A stretch of 64,000 nucleotides of DNA, taken from NCBI GenBank assembly GCA_041687695.1, contig JAWLBL010000024.1, positions 77,147 through 141,146 of the forward strand, written 5' to 3'. The stretch is from Myxococcota bacterium. Lineage in GTDB: Bacteria; Myxococcota_A; UBA9042; PHBI01; JAWLBL01. Below are positions 21,521 to 33,738 of this stretch, piece after piece; the stretch's first letter is position 1; each line of letters begins with the position of its first letter. A model generated the notes under the pieces. That model searched no databases. It had not been told where the DNA came from and saw only the letters and a program-made list of their open reading frames with translations. Made by a program: the position numbers and the translations under genes.

Positions 21521-22654
21521 TCAACCTTCGAAGGCGGCGCGATAGAGGCGGACCATGTCCTGCCGCGTGCAGGGGCGCGGGTTGGACCCGTGGCACCCGT
21601 CGGCGATGGCCTGGTCGGCGAGGGCCTCGAGGAGGCCCGGGTCCACCCCGGCGTCGGCCAGGGTGTGCGGGATGCCGGTGGCGGCGCGGAGGCCGACCAG
21701 CCAGTCCCGGAGATCGGTGTCGAGGCCCAGGCGGCGCCGGACGACGGCGTAGGCCTCGGCGGCGGCGTCGCGGTTGAAGTCGACGACGTAGGGCAGGACG
21801 ATGGCGTTGGCGAGTCCGTGGTGCATGCCGGCGAGGGTCGACAGCGGGTGCGCCAGGCTGTGCGCGGCGCCGAGGCCCTTCTGGAAGGCCACGGCGCCCA
21901 TGGCGGCGGCCATGGCCATGCCCTCGCGAGCCTCGAGGTCCTGGCCGTCGGCGACCGCGCGCTCGAGGAACCGGTGGCACAGCGCCAGGCCCTCGAGGGC
22001 GATGCCGTCGGCCATGGGGTGGTAGCCGCGGGCGGCGAGGGCCTCGAGGCAGTGGGTCAGCGCGTCGAACCCGGTCGCGGCGGTCAGGTGGGGCGGCAGG
22101 TCGCGCACCACCTCGGCGTCGACGAGGGCCACCTTGGGCATGAGGAACGGGGAGAACACCACGACCTTGGTGTGGGTGTTGGTGTCGACGACCACCGTCG
22201 AGCGGCCCACCTCGGAGCCGGTGCCGGAGGTGGTCGGGATGCAGATGACGGGCGGCACGTCGGGGCGGATGCGCTCGTAGCCGCCCTTGGCGTCGTCGTA
22301 GTCGACGATGCGGCCGTCGTGGGTGGCCATCAGGGCGATGCCCTTGGCGGCGTCGAGGGCCGAGCCGCCGCCGATCCCGACGACGACGTCGGCGCCGGAG
22401 TCGCGGAAGGCCTGGGCGCCGCGCTCGCACTCGACGTCGAGGGGGTTGGGCGACACGTCCGAGGTCAGCGCCCACGGCACGCCTGCGGCGTCCAGCAGCG
22501 AGGTGACCCGGGCGAGCACGGGCAGGCGGGCGACGCCGGGGTCGGTGACCAGGAAGGCCTTGCGCCCGAGGCGGCGCACGTGGTCGGGCAGGTGCGCGAG
22601 GGCGCCGGCGCCGAAGTCGATCGTGGTCGGGAACGAGAAGACGGCCTGCGGCAT
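21521..22654 (-). CDS. Iron-containing alcohol dehydrogenase
   Basis: GGGSALDAAK, IPTTSGTGSE, DALTHCLE, HSLAH, HHGLANA. Confidence 0.95.
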   Translation of the reverse strand: MPQAVFSFPTTIDFGAGALAHLPDHVRRLGRKAFLVTDPGVARLPVLARVTSLLDAAGVPWALTSDVSPNPLDVECERGAQAFRDSGADVVVGIGGGSALDAAKGIALMATHDGRIVDYDDAKGGYERIRPDVPPVICIPTTSGTGSEVGRSTVVVDTNTHTKVVVFSPFLMPKVALVDAEVVRDLPPHLTAATGFDALTHCLEALAARGYHPMADGIALEGLALCHRFLERAVADGQDLEAREGMAMAAAMGAVAFQKGLGAAHSLAHPLSTLAGMHHGLANAIVLPYVVDFNRDAAAEAYAVVRRRLGLDTDLRDWLVGLRAATGIPHTLADAGVDPGLLEALADQAIADGCHGSNPRPCTRQDMVRLYRAAFEG

Positions 22655-22862
22655 GGGAGACTCCCCGGTGAGGACGCGCCGACGGCGCCGCCCGGCCGGA
22701 CGGGCCGGGGACGGCGGGCCCATGTTCTGCCCTGACTTCGGCCCGGGCGCAACGGCGATGCCGTCAGGTCGGGCCCCGACGCGCGATTCTGGGCGCGCGG
22801 GGCGCCCGTGGCTGGCCGCGACGCGTCCCCACCGCTATAGGTGCGCGACGTCGGAGGTGCGG

Positions 22863-24110
<1,248 letters not shown>

Positions 24111-24120
24111 CGAGCGCACC

Positions 24121-24150
24121 TTGACAATTCGTCCCGCCGGCTTCGATACT
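24121..24150 (+). promoter_or_regulatory. Putative sigma70 promoter
   Basis: TTGACA-18 bp-GATACT, 62 bp upstream of ATG 24213. Confidence 0.65.
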
Positions 24151-24212
24151 GCGCCGACCCTCGGCCGGGGTGCCGAGCGGAAAAGTCTATACCTTTCGGG
24201 AGACTGCGTTCG

Positions 24213-25892
24213 ATGGACCGCGTCCTCACCTCGAGAAGAACCCCTTGGCTCCTCGTGCCGGTCACGCTCGTGACCTTCGGCCTGCTCGCCTGTGACATGG
24301 GGCTGCAGAAGGAGCTCGACGAGAAGAAGGCTCAGCGGTTCGCCGCGGCGGCGGCGGCGATCGACGCGATCGAGGCGGCGCGCGTGGAGGAGCAGCGGGC
24401 CACGATGCCGGCCAAGGGCGCAGAGCCGGCGGCGGGCGCCAAGCACCCGATGTTCGAGTGGCGCAAGCGCATCGCCGAGTCGCGCGACGAGGAGGTGCTC
24501 AACAAGCTGGCCGAGGACTTCAAGGGCACGCCCGCGCAGCAGTCGGCCATCGACGGCGCCGCGTTCGTCCGCGAGTCGGTCGCCTACTGGAAGGGCGAGG
24601 GCAACCTCGAGCGCTACGTGAAGTTCCTCGAGTCCTACCTCGCCGACGGCGCCAAGAAGCTGAAGGCGGCCGAGGAGGCCGGCAACAAGGAGTTCAAGCA
24701 GCGCCCGTTCCTGGCCGAGGCGGCGTTCGATCTGCTGTTCCTGCACGCCGCGCGCCACTACCTGTTCGAGAAGTCGGACGCGGCCAGCCAGCTGGTCACG
24801 AGCTTCCCCTACTGGCAGCTGGCCTTCGGCTTCCCGAGCCGCGCCCGCGAGTCCTTCAGCGACTACGTGACGCGCGTGTGCCGCGCCTCGCGGCTGGCCG
24901 AGCGCTGCAAGGGCGTGCCGCACGAGGTCCGGCCGCTGGCCATCAACAAGCCCTACCTCGAGTGGCTGCGCGAGCGCGCCGCCGAGTTCGTCAAGGCCTA
25001 CGACGTCGCCCTGTACAAGGACGTCATCACCGCCTACGACCAGACGCTCAGCGCCGCGCTCGAGGCGACGCCCGACCTGACCGAGGACCCGGTCCTGCCG
25101 TCCACCTGGTCGGACGCCTCGGGCATGAGCGGCCTCATGGTCGCGATGAGCCCGAAGAAGGGCGTCATGCTGCACGACCAGCAGCTGGCCGAGTCGTTCT
25201 CGGGCAAGCTGCCGGGCGACTTCGCCAGCAAGGCGTCCGAGCTGGTCAACGGCCTCAAGGCCAACGAGGGCAACACCGTCGACTACGAGCGCGTCGTCCT
25301 CGAGGCGCCGGGCGACATCGACGGCGGGACCCTGACCAAGATCGTGTCCGCCTTCCCCCGCGAGCTGGTCCGCCAGTTCATCCTCGTCGGCCGCAAGCGC
25401 ATCGACGAGAGCCTGCGCCGCACCGGCATCCTGCTGCGCATCCCGACCGAGGAGGAGGGCAAGACGACCTCCTACCAGTTCAGCGGCGACGCGGCCAAGC
25501 AGAGCTGCGACTTCCTGGGCATCGCCGGCCGCCCGCCGATCGGGCGCAAGGAGCCGGGCGCCTACCTGGTCGTCGACAAGGATCGCGTCCGCGCGGCGAA
25601 GCTGTCGCGCGACGAGGCCGGCGAGCTGGTCGTGGGTGACGTCGACTTCACCGCGACGCCCGACGAGCTCGACAAGATCGGCGAGTGGGCCGAGAAGAAC
25701 CCGGGCATCGTCCGCATGTTCGTCCCGGGCAGCTTCAGCTACGACCGCCTGATGACCCTGGCCAGCTCGGTGATGCACAAGTGCCAGGACGCCGAGGTCG
25801 CCTTCGACGAGCGCGGCGAGCAGAAGGTCACCATCAAGTGCAGCAAGGCCGAGGACCGCGACGTGACGCTGGTCTTCGCGGTCTGCAACTGA
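24213..25892 (+). CDS. Hypothetical lipoprotein
   Basis: Basic N-terminus, hydrophobic core, LLAC lipobox; strong codon bias. Confidence 0.8.
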   Translation: MDRVLTSRRTPWLLVPVTLVTFGLLACDMGLQKELDEKKAQRFAAAAAAIDAIEAARVEEQRATMPAKGAEPAAGAKHPMFEWRKRIAESRDEEVLNKLAEDFKGTPAQQSAIDGAAFVRESVAYWKGEGNLERYVKFLESYLADGAKKLKAAEEAGNKEFKQRPFLAEAAFDLLFLHAARHYLFEKSDAASQLVTSFPYWQLAFGFPSRARESFSDYVTRVCRASRLAERCKGVPHEVRPLAINKPYLEWLRERAAEFVKAYDVALYKDVITAYDQTLSAALEATPDLTEDPVLPSTWSDASGMSGLMVAMSPKKGVMLHDQQLAESFSGKLPGDFASKASELVNGLKANEGNTVDYERVVLEAPGDIDGGTLTKIVSAFPRELVRQFILVGRKRIDESLRRTGILLRIPTEEEGKTTSYQFSGDAAKQSCDFLGIAGRPPIGRKEPGAYLVVDKDRVRAAKLSRDEAGELVVGDVDFTATPDELDKIGEWAEKNPGIVRMFVPGSFSYDRLMTLASSVMHKCQDAEVAFDERGEQKVTIKCSKAEDRDVTLVFAVCN

Positions 25893-25981
25893 CGCGCGGC
25901 CTCTGGTCGTGACGTGCGACGGCGGGCTTCGGCTCGCCGTCGTCGTTTGGGGGCCGGACGCGGGTGGGGCGGCGCCCCGCG

Positions 25982-26011
25982 TTGACAGCGGGCCGGGGCC
26001 GTCCCCATACT
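25982..26011 (+). promoter_or_regulatory. Putative sigma70 promoter for the PAAR gene
   Basis: TTGACA-18 bp-CATACT. Confidence 0.6.
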
Positions 26012-26099
26012 GCGGGCGTCGCGCGGGCCTCGCTCGCGCGCTCGGGGAACGGGGTGGTCGACCGCAGCGCGCGCGACCCGCGCCATCGAGGAGCAAGCC

Positions 26100-26420
26100 A
26101 TGCCAGCGCAAGCTCGAGTCAGTGACATCGGCAAGTGCGACGCCGACGCGCACGGCTGCCCGGCGTGCCCGCACCCGGTCCAGGGCCCGTGCATCAGCGG
26201 GTCGCCGGACGTGTTCGTCAACAACCTGCCGGCCGCGCGCAAGGGCGACCCGGGCATCCACGCAGCCTGCTGCGGCCCCAACATGTGGCAGGCGAACGCG
26301 GGCTCGGGCACGGTGTTCATCAACGGCAAGGCCGCCCACCGCAAGGACGACGCGACCAAGCACTGTGGCGGCTCGGGGACGATGACCACCGGGTCGGACA
26401 ACGTCATCACGGGCGGCTGA
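26100..26420 (+). CDS. PAAR-domain spike tip protein
   Basis: AQARVSD, GSPDVFVNNLPAARKGD, GSGTVFINGKAAHRKDD, GSDNVITGG; Cys/His metal ligands; GAGGAG RBS. Confidence 0.92.
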   Translation: MPAQARVSDIGKCDADAHGCPACPHPVQGPCISGSPDVFVNNLPAARKGDPGIHAACCGPNMWQANAGSGTVFINGKAAHRKDDATKHCGGSGTMTTGSDNVITGG

Positions 26421-26478
26421 CGCGCCGCGCGGACGACGCGGCGAGATGTCGGCGGCGGGAAGAGGGTGGAGGGCCCAG

Positions 26479-28806
26479 GTGCCGGAATTCGCCTCGAAGG
26501 GTTACCAGGGGATCTGGCAGCCCGGCATGCGGCTGTCGGGACAGAAGGGCATCGCGATCATCTTGAAGCGGCGCTTCACGGTGGACCTGGCGTCGGGGCG
26601 TTGCGTGCCCGACGAGGTGACGCCGGGCGTCGCGCTGATGGCCGAGTACGAGGACGAGGACAACCCGGCGGAGTCCGGCATCGAGCAGCCGGGTGAGCTG
26701 ACGCTCGAGAAGCCCAAGGTCGACGTGCTGGTCAAGGCGACGGCCTACGCGCCGGGCGGCGTGCCGACGCCCGAGTTCGAGGTGGGGCTGCGCATCGCGG
26801 GCGTGCTCGACCGGCGGCTGCGCGTCATCGGCCCCCGGGTGGCGCGGTGGGTGCCGCCGAAGAAGTGGCTGACGGACAAGGAAAAGGCCAAGGGCGAGCG
26901 GCAGGAGTACCCGCCGCCCGAGTTCTCGGATCCGCTGCCCATCGAAAAGCTGCCGTTGCGGTACCAGTACGCTTACGGCGGCAAGGCCAAGCTGGTGCTC
27001 GAGGCCGAGTTCGTCGAGCAGGCCGAGGAGCACCAGGAGGAGGCCAAGAAGAAGGAGGCGCGGCGCGAGCGGAAAAAGGAGATCGAGAAGGAGCTCAAGG
27101 CCGAGGAGGAGAAGAAGGCGGCCGAGGCCAAGGCGGCGGCCGAGCAGGAGGGCAAGAGCGGCGTCGACGCCATCCCGGACGAGGTGGCGCGCGACAAGGC
27201 CGCCGAGGCGTTCAGCGGCGGGCACACCAAGGCGGTGGACGCCGAGACGCTCGAGCGCCTGGCCAAGGAGGTCCCCGAGGAGGAGCTGGTCGCCGTGTCG
27301 GCCTATCGCCTGGGGCGTGACCTGCCGGACCGACCCGTCGAGGCGGCGCCGGCGGACACCGTGGCCGGCGAGGCGGCCGAGGTGGTGGCCGAGGCGGCCG
27401 GGGCGGCGGCCGAGAAGGTGGCGGGCGAGCTGGACGGGTTCTTCAGCGGCCGTGAGAGGACGGCGGCCATCGACATCAGCCAGCTCGAGGCCGAGGGGCG
27501 CGACGAGTTTCGCGAGGCGCTCGACGAGCGGGCGCGGCGCGAGGCGCGCGTGCTGGCGGACGGCGAGGGGACGCTGCGCTCGCGGGCGACCGAGCACGGC
27601 GACATCGTGCTGACCGACGAGGCCTGGGTCGACGAGCACCGGGGCAAGGGGCCGGCCAAGGCGGCCAAGAAGGAGGAGAGCGAGTTCCCCGAGATGCCGT
27701 ACCCGGCCAACCCGGGGGGGCGGGGGTACTGCGTCTCGCCCCTGAAGGACGGCGTCGACGGGGTGCCGCTGCCCATGATCGAGGACCCGGCCCGGCCGCT
27801 GCGGCCCGAGGCCTTCGTGGTCGACCTGACCGAGTTCGACCTGACGAAGCTGCCCGCCACGCCGGGGTTCGCCGCCTATCCGCCGGGCTGGTTCCCGAGG
27901 GCGGGGCTGGCCGGGACGATGCCGTGGGATCTGGACGCGGCCGAAGCGGCCAAGCTCAAGGCGCTCGAGGAGTACGACCCCGAGGATCCGGACGACCAGC
28001 AGGCCATCGAGCTCATCCGGTCGCAGATGGTCCCGGTCATGCAGCCCGGCTTCTACAACGAGGCCCACCCCGATCTGCAGGTCGAGCGCATCCGCGGCGA
28101 CGAGGAGGTGATGCTGCTCAACCTGACGCCCGACGGGACGCTGTACTTCCGGTTGCCGGGGCAGCACCCGAAGGCCGAGCTGGACATGGGCGCGGGCCGA
28201 AAGCCCGTCGGGCTGCGGCTGGACACGCTGACCCTGGACGTGACCGAGGCGGACCAGCCGACGGTCGAGATCCTGTGGCGCGGCTGGCACGCGCTCAAGG
28301 ACTTCGCCGAGCTCGACAACCGGCCGTACATCAAGGTCATCGTGGACGACGTGGACCAGGAGACCTGGCTCGAGGCGCAGCGCGAGGACGAGGTCAAGGC
28401 GCCGCGCAGCGAGGGCACGGTGGCCATCAAGGCCATCGAGGACGAGGAGCTCGAGCCCGCGGTGCTGGGCGAGGAGGCCGCCGTCCGCTACCGCGAGGAG
28501 GTCTCCAAGCGGCGCGTGGCCAACGAGGACGAGCTGGGCGCGGCCAAGGACGAGAGCGGGACCGTCATCTTCGCGCTGGACGACGAGCGGCAGCTGTCGG
28601 GCGACGAGTGGGACGAGGAGATCCGCGCCGACAAGGAGGCCTTCATCGAGGAGGCGCGGCGGCGGCACGAGGAGAGCCAGAGCGACAAGGAGAAGGCGCT
28701 TCGGAAGAAGGCCCGCGAGCTGGCGGACGCCGAGTTCGGCATCGAGCGCGAGGAGGAGGGCGGCGAGTCCGGCGGCAAGGGCGGCAAGGGCGGCAACAAG
28801 AAGTAG
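26479..28806 (+). CDS. DUF2169-family T6SS adaptor-like protein with a large charged insertion and acidic tail
   Basis: KPKVDVLVKATAYAPGG, LRVIGPR, LPLRYQYAYGG, NPGGRGY, LPMIEDP, WFPRAGLAGT, FYNEAHPDLQ, LDTL..ILWR. Confidence 0.82.
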   Translation: MPEFASKGYQGIWQPGMRLSGQKGIAIILKRRFTVDLASGRCVPDEVTPGVALMAEYEDEDNPAESGIEQPGELTLEKPKVDVLVKATAYAPGGVPTPEFEVGLRIAGVLDRRLRVIGPRVARWVPPKKWLTDKEKAKGERQEYPPPEFSDPLPIEKLPLRYQYAYGGKAKLVLEAEFVEQAEEHQEEAKKKEARRERKKEIEKELKAEEEKKAAEAKAAAEQEGKSGVDAIPDEVARDKAAEAFSGGHTKAVDAETLERLAKEVPEEELVAVSAYRLGRDLPDRPVEAAPADTVAGEAAEVVAEAAGAAAEKVAGELDGFFSGRERTAAIDISQLEAEGRDEFREALDERARREARVLADGEGTLRSRATEHGDIVLTDEAWVDEHRGKGPAKAAKKEESEFPEMPYPANPGGRGYCVSPLKDGVDGVPLPMIEDPARPLRPEAFVVDLTEFDLTKLPATPGFAAYPPGWFPRAGLAGTMPWDLDAAEAAKLKALEEYDPEDPDDQQAIELIRSQMVPVMQPGFYNEAHPDLQVERIRGDEEVMLLNLTPDGTLYFRLPGQHPKAELDMGAGRKPVGLRLDTLTLDVTEADQPTVEILWRGWHALKDFAELDNRPYIKVIVDDVDQETWLEAQREDEVKAPRSEGTVAIKAIEDEELEPAVLGEEAAVRYREEVSKRRVANEDELGAAKDESGTVIFALDDERQLSGDEWDEEIRADKEAFIEEARRRHEESQSDKEKALRKKARELADAEFGIEREEEGGESGGKGGKGGNKK

Positions 28807-28908
28807 CGGACGGCGAGGGGCCGGCGGCCGGGCGCCCTGGGGCGCGTTGGACCGTTCACAACCCCAGGGCGTGCGTGTAGGCTGGCCCGCGGCAAGGAGG
28901 CCAGGCTG

Positions 28909-29457
28909 ATGATCATCGGGCTCACGGGCAAGTTCGCCGCCGGCAAGGGGACCGTCGCGGACATGCTCATCGCGCGCGGGTTCGTGTACCACTCGCTGTC
29001 GGACGTGCTGCGCGAGGAGCTCGCGCGGCGGGGCGTCGCCGAGAGCCGGACGTCGCTGATGGCGCTCGGCAACGAGCTGCGCGCGGCCGAAGGGCCCGAC
29101 GCGCTGGCGCAGCGCATCCTGGAGCGGCTGCGGGACGGGCGCGATCACCTGGTCGACTCGATCCGCACGCCGGCCGAGGTGGCGACGCTGCGCAAGCTGC
29201 CGGACTTCACGCTCCTGGGCATCGACGCCGACCCGGAGGTGCGCTTCCGGCGGCTGATCGAGCGCGGCCGACAGGGCGATCCGCTGACCTGGGAGGACTT
29301 CCGCGCGCTCGAGGCGCGCGAGACGTCCAGCGACGATCCGGCCGCGCAGCAGCTGGCCGCGACCTTCGCCCTGGCCGACATCGTGGTCATGAACGACGGC
29401 CCGGTCGACGCCCTGGCGAGCGCGGTGGAGCGCGTCCTCGAAGGCCTCCGCGGGTGA
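28909..29457 (+). CDS. P-loop nucleotide kinase (dephospho-CoA kinase/UPF0200-like)
   Basis: MIIGLTGKFAAGKGT, DSIRTPAEV, ADIVVMND. Confidence 0.8.
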   Translation: MIIGLTGKFAAGKGTVADMLIARGFVYHSLSDVLREELARRGVAESRTSLMALGNELRAAEGPDALAQRILERLRDGRDHLVDSIRTPAEVATLRKLPDFTLLGIDADPEVRFRRLIERGRQGDPLTWEDFRALEARETSSDDPAAQQLAATFALADIVVMNDGPVDALASAVERVLEGLRG

Positions 29458-30913
29458 GCGACGCCGACGCATCACGCGGGGCGACGCTGTCCCCCGAGGA
29501 CGAGGCCTTTGCGGTCGAGGTCGCCGACGCCTTCGACGCCCGCCTCGATCTGCGCGCCCGGTCCGCCGAGTGGGACGCCCACCGCGTCACCCCCGCCATG
29601 GCCGGGCTGCCGGTGTTGCAGCTCGACGACGTCAGCGGCATCCCCTTCCTCGAGGGGGTCGTCGGCGTCGAGTACTACCAGCTGCGCGCCCGCGTCCGGG
29701 CCCGTCCCGGCGACCTGTTCGCGGCCACGTGCCCCGACATCCCGGCCTACGAGCGCTACAACCGCGACCGCCTGGGGCTCGGCGACGTGCAGTTCGTCGA
29801 GGCGCCCCCAAGCGGCCCGCCCATCCGCGTCGCCGAGGCCTGCCGCGTCGGCCCCGCCTTCGACCGCCTGCTCCAGGTGACCCGCGACGCCGGCGGCCTC
29901 GTCATCCACCCCTACATGGGCATCGAGCCCGTCTGGGCCCTCGCGCGCGATCTCGCCGCCCGCGCCGGCGCGCCGGTCGGCGTCCTGGCCCCGCCGCCCC
30001 CGGTCACCTGGTTCGCCAACGACAAGCGCCACCTGACCGACCTCGCCCGGCAGCTGGTCACGCCGCGCCTGGGCACCGACGCCGTCGTCCCCACCCTCGA
30101 GGGCACCACGGCCGACGCCCTCGCCACCCACCTGCTGGCCCTGGCCGCCCGCCCCGGCGCCCCCGCGGACGGCCGCGTCGCCCTCAAGCTCACCCGCTGC
30201 GCCTCCGCCATGGGCAACGGCGTCTTCGCCGCCCGCGACCTGCTCGCCGCCGGCCACGCCAAGGTCGCCCGCCAGGTGGCCGCCTTCCTCGAGGCCAAGC
30301 AGTGGGAGCCGGGCGACCCCGTCCTCGCCGTGGTCTGGGAAGACACCGACGTCTCACCGTCCAGCCAGCTCTGGATCCCACCGGCCGGCGAGGGCGCCCC
30401 ACGCCTCGACGGCCTGTACGAGCAGATCCTCCACGGCCCCGAGCGCATCTTCTGGGGTTCCGTCCCCTCGCGCCTCGCCCCCGACGTCCACGCCTGGCTC
30501 GCCCGCGCCTCGCTGCTGGTCGCCCGCGCCTACCAGCACCTCGGCTACGTCGGCCGCTGCTCCTTCGACTTCATCCTGGCCGGCCCGACCCCCGTCTTCG
30601 TCGAGTGCAACGGCCGCTGGGGCGGCACCTCGACCCCCATGCACCTGGTCGACCGCCTCTTCCCCGCCGGCCGCCCCGCCTACCGCGCCCGCGACGTCGT
30701 CGTCCCGCACCTGGTCGGCGGCGACTTCCAGGACGTCCTCGACGCGCTCGGCGACCTCCTCTACGACCACCGCACCGGCCAGGGCCGCTTCGTCCTCTAC
30801 AACGTCGGCTGCCTCCCGCAGTACGGCAAGCTCGACGTCATCGCCCTCGGCCGCGACGTCGACGACGCCACGCACGCCCTCGAGGTCCTGCTGCCCGAAC
30901 GGCTCCGCCTCCC

Positions 30914-30917
<4 letters not shown>
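29454..30917 (+). CDS. ATP-grasp protein with pre-ATP-grasp domain (PGM1 peptide-ligase-like)
   Basis: IHPYMG, ANDK, ASAMGN, SPSSQLWI, GYVGRCSFDF, ECNGRWGGTS. Confidence 0.72.
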
Positions 30918-31716
<799 letters not shown>

Positions 31717-31720
<4 letters not shown>

Positions 31721-33738
31721 GCCGCCGCGGCCACCTCGCCTCGGCCTGGGTCATCACGAAGAAGGAGCTGCGCGAGACCCTGCGCGACCGCAAGACGCTC
31801 CTGGTCATGATCGTCCTGCCGCTCGTGCTCTATCCGCTGCTCATCCTGGGCTTCAGCCAGCTCGCGCTGATGCAGCAGAGCCGCCTCGCCGCCGAGTCCC
31901 TGCGCGTCGGCCTCTCCGGCGCCCCGCCCCCGCCCGCGCTGCGCGCCCACCTCGAGGCCCTCGAGGCCACGACCCTCCAGCCCGTCGACGACCCACGCGC
32001 CGCCGTCCGCGACGGGGCCGTCTCCGCCGCCCTGGTCCTGCCCGACGACGCCCCGGCCGCGCTCGCCGCCGAGGGCCAGGCCGCCGTCGAGGTCGTCTTC
32101 GACGGCGCCAGCGACCGCTCCCGCCAGGCCGAGGAGCGCCTGCGCAAGGCCCTGACCGCCTTCGCCGACCAGCTGCGCCTCGAGCGCCTGGCCGCGCGGG
32201 GCCTCGACGAGCGCTTCGTCAAGCCGGTCGAGGTCGACGCCGTCAACGTCGCCCCGCCCGAACGCCAGGGCGGCTGGATCCTGGGCCAGATCCTGCCGAT
32301 GCTCATCAGCGTCCTGATGATCGGCGCCACCTTCTACCCGGCCATCGACCTCACGGCCGGCGAGAAGGAGCGCGGCACCCTGCAGACCCTGCTCACGGCG
32401 CCGCTGCCCCCGATGACCCTGGTCACCGGCAAGTACCTCGCCGTGGTCGGCCTCGCCATGCTCACGGGCGTCCTCAACCTGGCTTCGGTCGCCTTCGTCG
32501 CGACCGCCATCCCGGTCCCGCAGGCCGCTGCCGATCAGCTCTCCTTCGACATCGGCCTGGGCGCCATCGGCCTCGTCTTCGCCTGCCTCCTGCTGCTCGG
32601 CATGATGTTCGGCGCGATCATGGTCGCCGTCGCCGTCACGGCCAAGGACTACAAGGAGGCGCAGAACTACCTGACGCCCCTCTACCTGGTCGCCGTGATG
32701 CCGCTCATGGCCTCGAGCCTGCCCGGGATGGAGCTGACCACCGTCACGGCAGCGGTGCCGGTCCTGAACCTGGCGCTCGCCATGAAGCAGCTGCTGGTCG
32801 GCCCCATCCCGGCGCCGCTGCTGGCCGTCGTCTTCGGCTCGACCCTCGCCTGGGTGGCCCTGGCCCTGGTCTTCGCCGCCCGCGTCTTCCGCACCGAGGC
32901 CATCCTGCTCGGCGACGCCGGCTTCCGCGCCCTGTTCCACCGCCGCGCCCCGGCCGCCGGGTTCGACGCCGCCCGCCCTCCGGTCGCCAGCGTGGGCGAG
33001 GTCGTCACCCTCCTCGGCGTCGTCCTGCTGCTGCTGTTCTACGGCGGCGTGCTGCTCGTCGACGCCCCGCTCCTCGTCGCCGTCCACGTCACCCAGTGGG
33101 GCCTGCTCCTCACGCCCGTCGTCCTCCTCGTCGCCGGCCTCCGCCTCGACCCGCGCCACGCCCTGGGCCTGCGCCGCCCCCCCGCCTGGTCACTCGCCGC
33201 CGCCGCCCTCCTCGGCCTGGGCACCTGGTTCATCGCCGCCGTCGCCATCGAGGCCCTCGGCGCCGACTGGATGCCCGTCCCGACCCCCGCCATGGAGGCC
33301 CTCGAGCAGTCCTTCCGCGATCTCGCCGCCTCACCCGGCACCGCGCTCCTCCTGTTCCTGGGCGTCGCCCTGGCCCCGGCCATCTGCGAGGAGGCCCTCT
33401 TCCGCGGCGTCGTCCTGCGCGGCCTCGCCCCCCGCCTGGGCGCCCGCGGCGCCGTCGTCGCCTCGTCCGTCGCCTTCGCCGTCTACCACCTCAACCTCTA
33501 CCAGGCCCCGACCACGCTCCTGGTCGGTCTGATCCTCGGCGCGCTGGCCATCGCCTCCGGAAGCCTGTGGCCGGGCGTCGTGCTGCACGCGCTCCACAAC
33601 GGCCTCGCCCTCGCGTTTCACGTCTACGCGGGCGAGTCGGTATCCACCGAGGCCCTCGCCGTCGTATCATTGGGGCCAGCGCTCGGCCTCCTCATCCTAT
33701 GGAGGCGCGCGCGAACGGTGGCGCCCCCAGGCTCATGA
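31717..33738 (+). CDS. ABC-2 permease (NatB-like) fused to a CPBP protease domain
   Basis: KELRETLRDRKTL, AGEKERGTLQTLL; C-terminal EEALFRG, FAVYH, HALHN. Confidence 0.9.

Noticed and set aside
26100..28806. Complete T6SS, eCIS or prophage locus
   Set aside because: No sheath, tube, VgrG, baseplate, capsid or integrase genes in the window.
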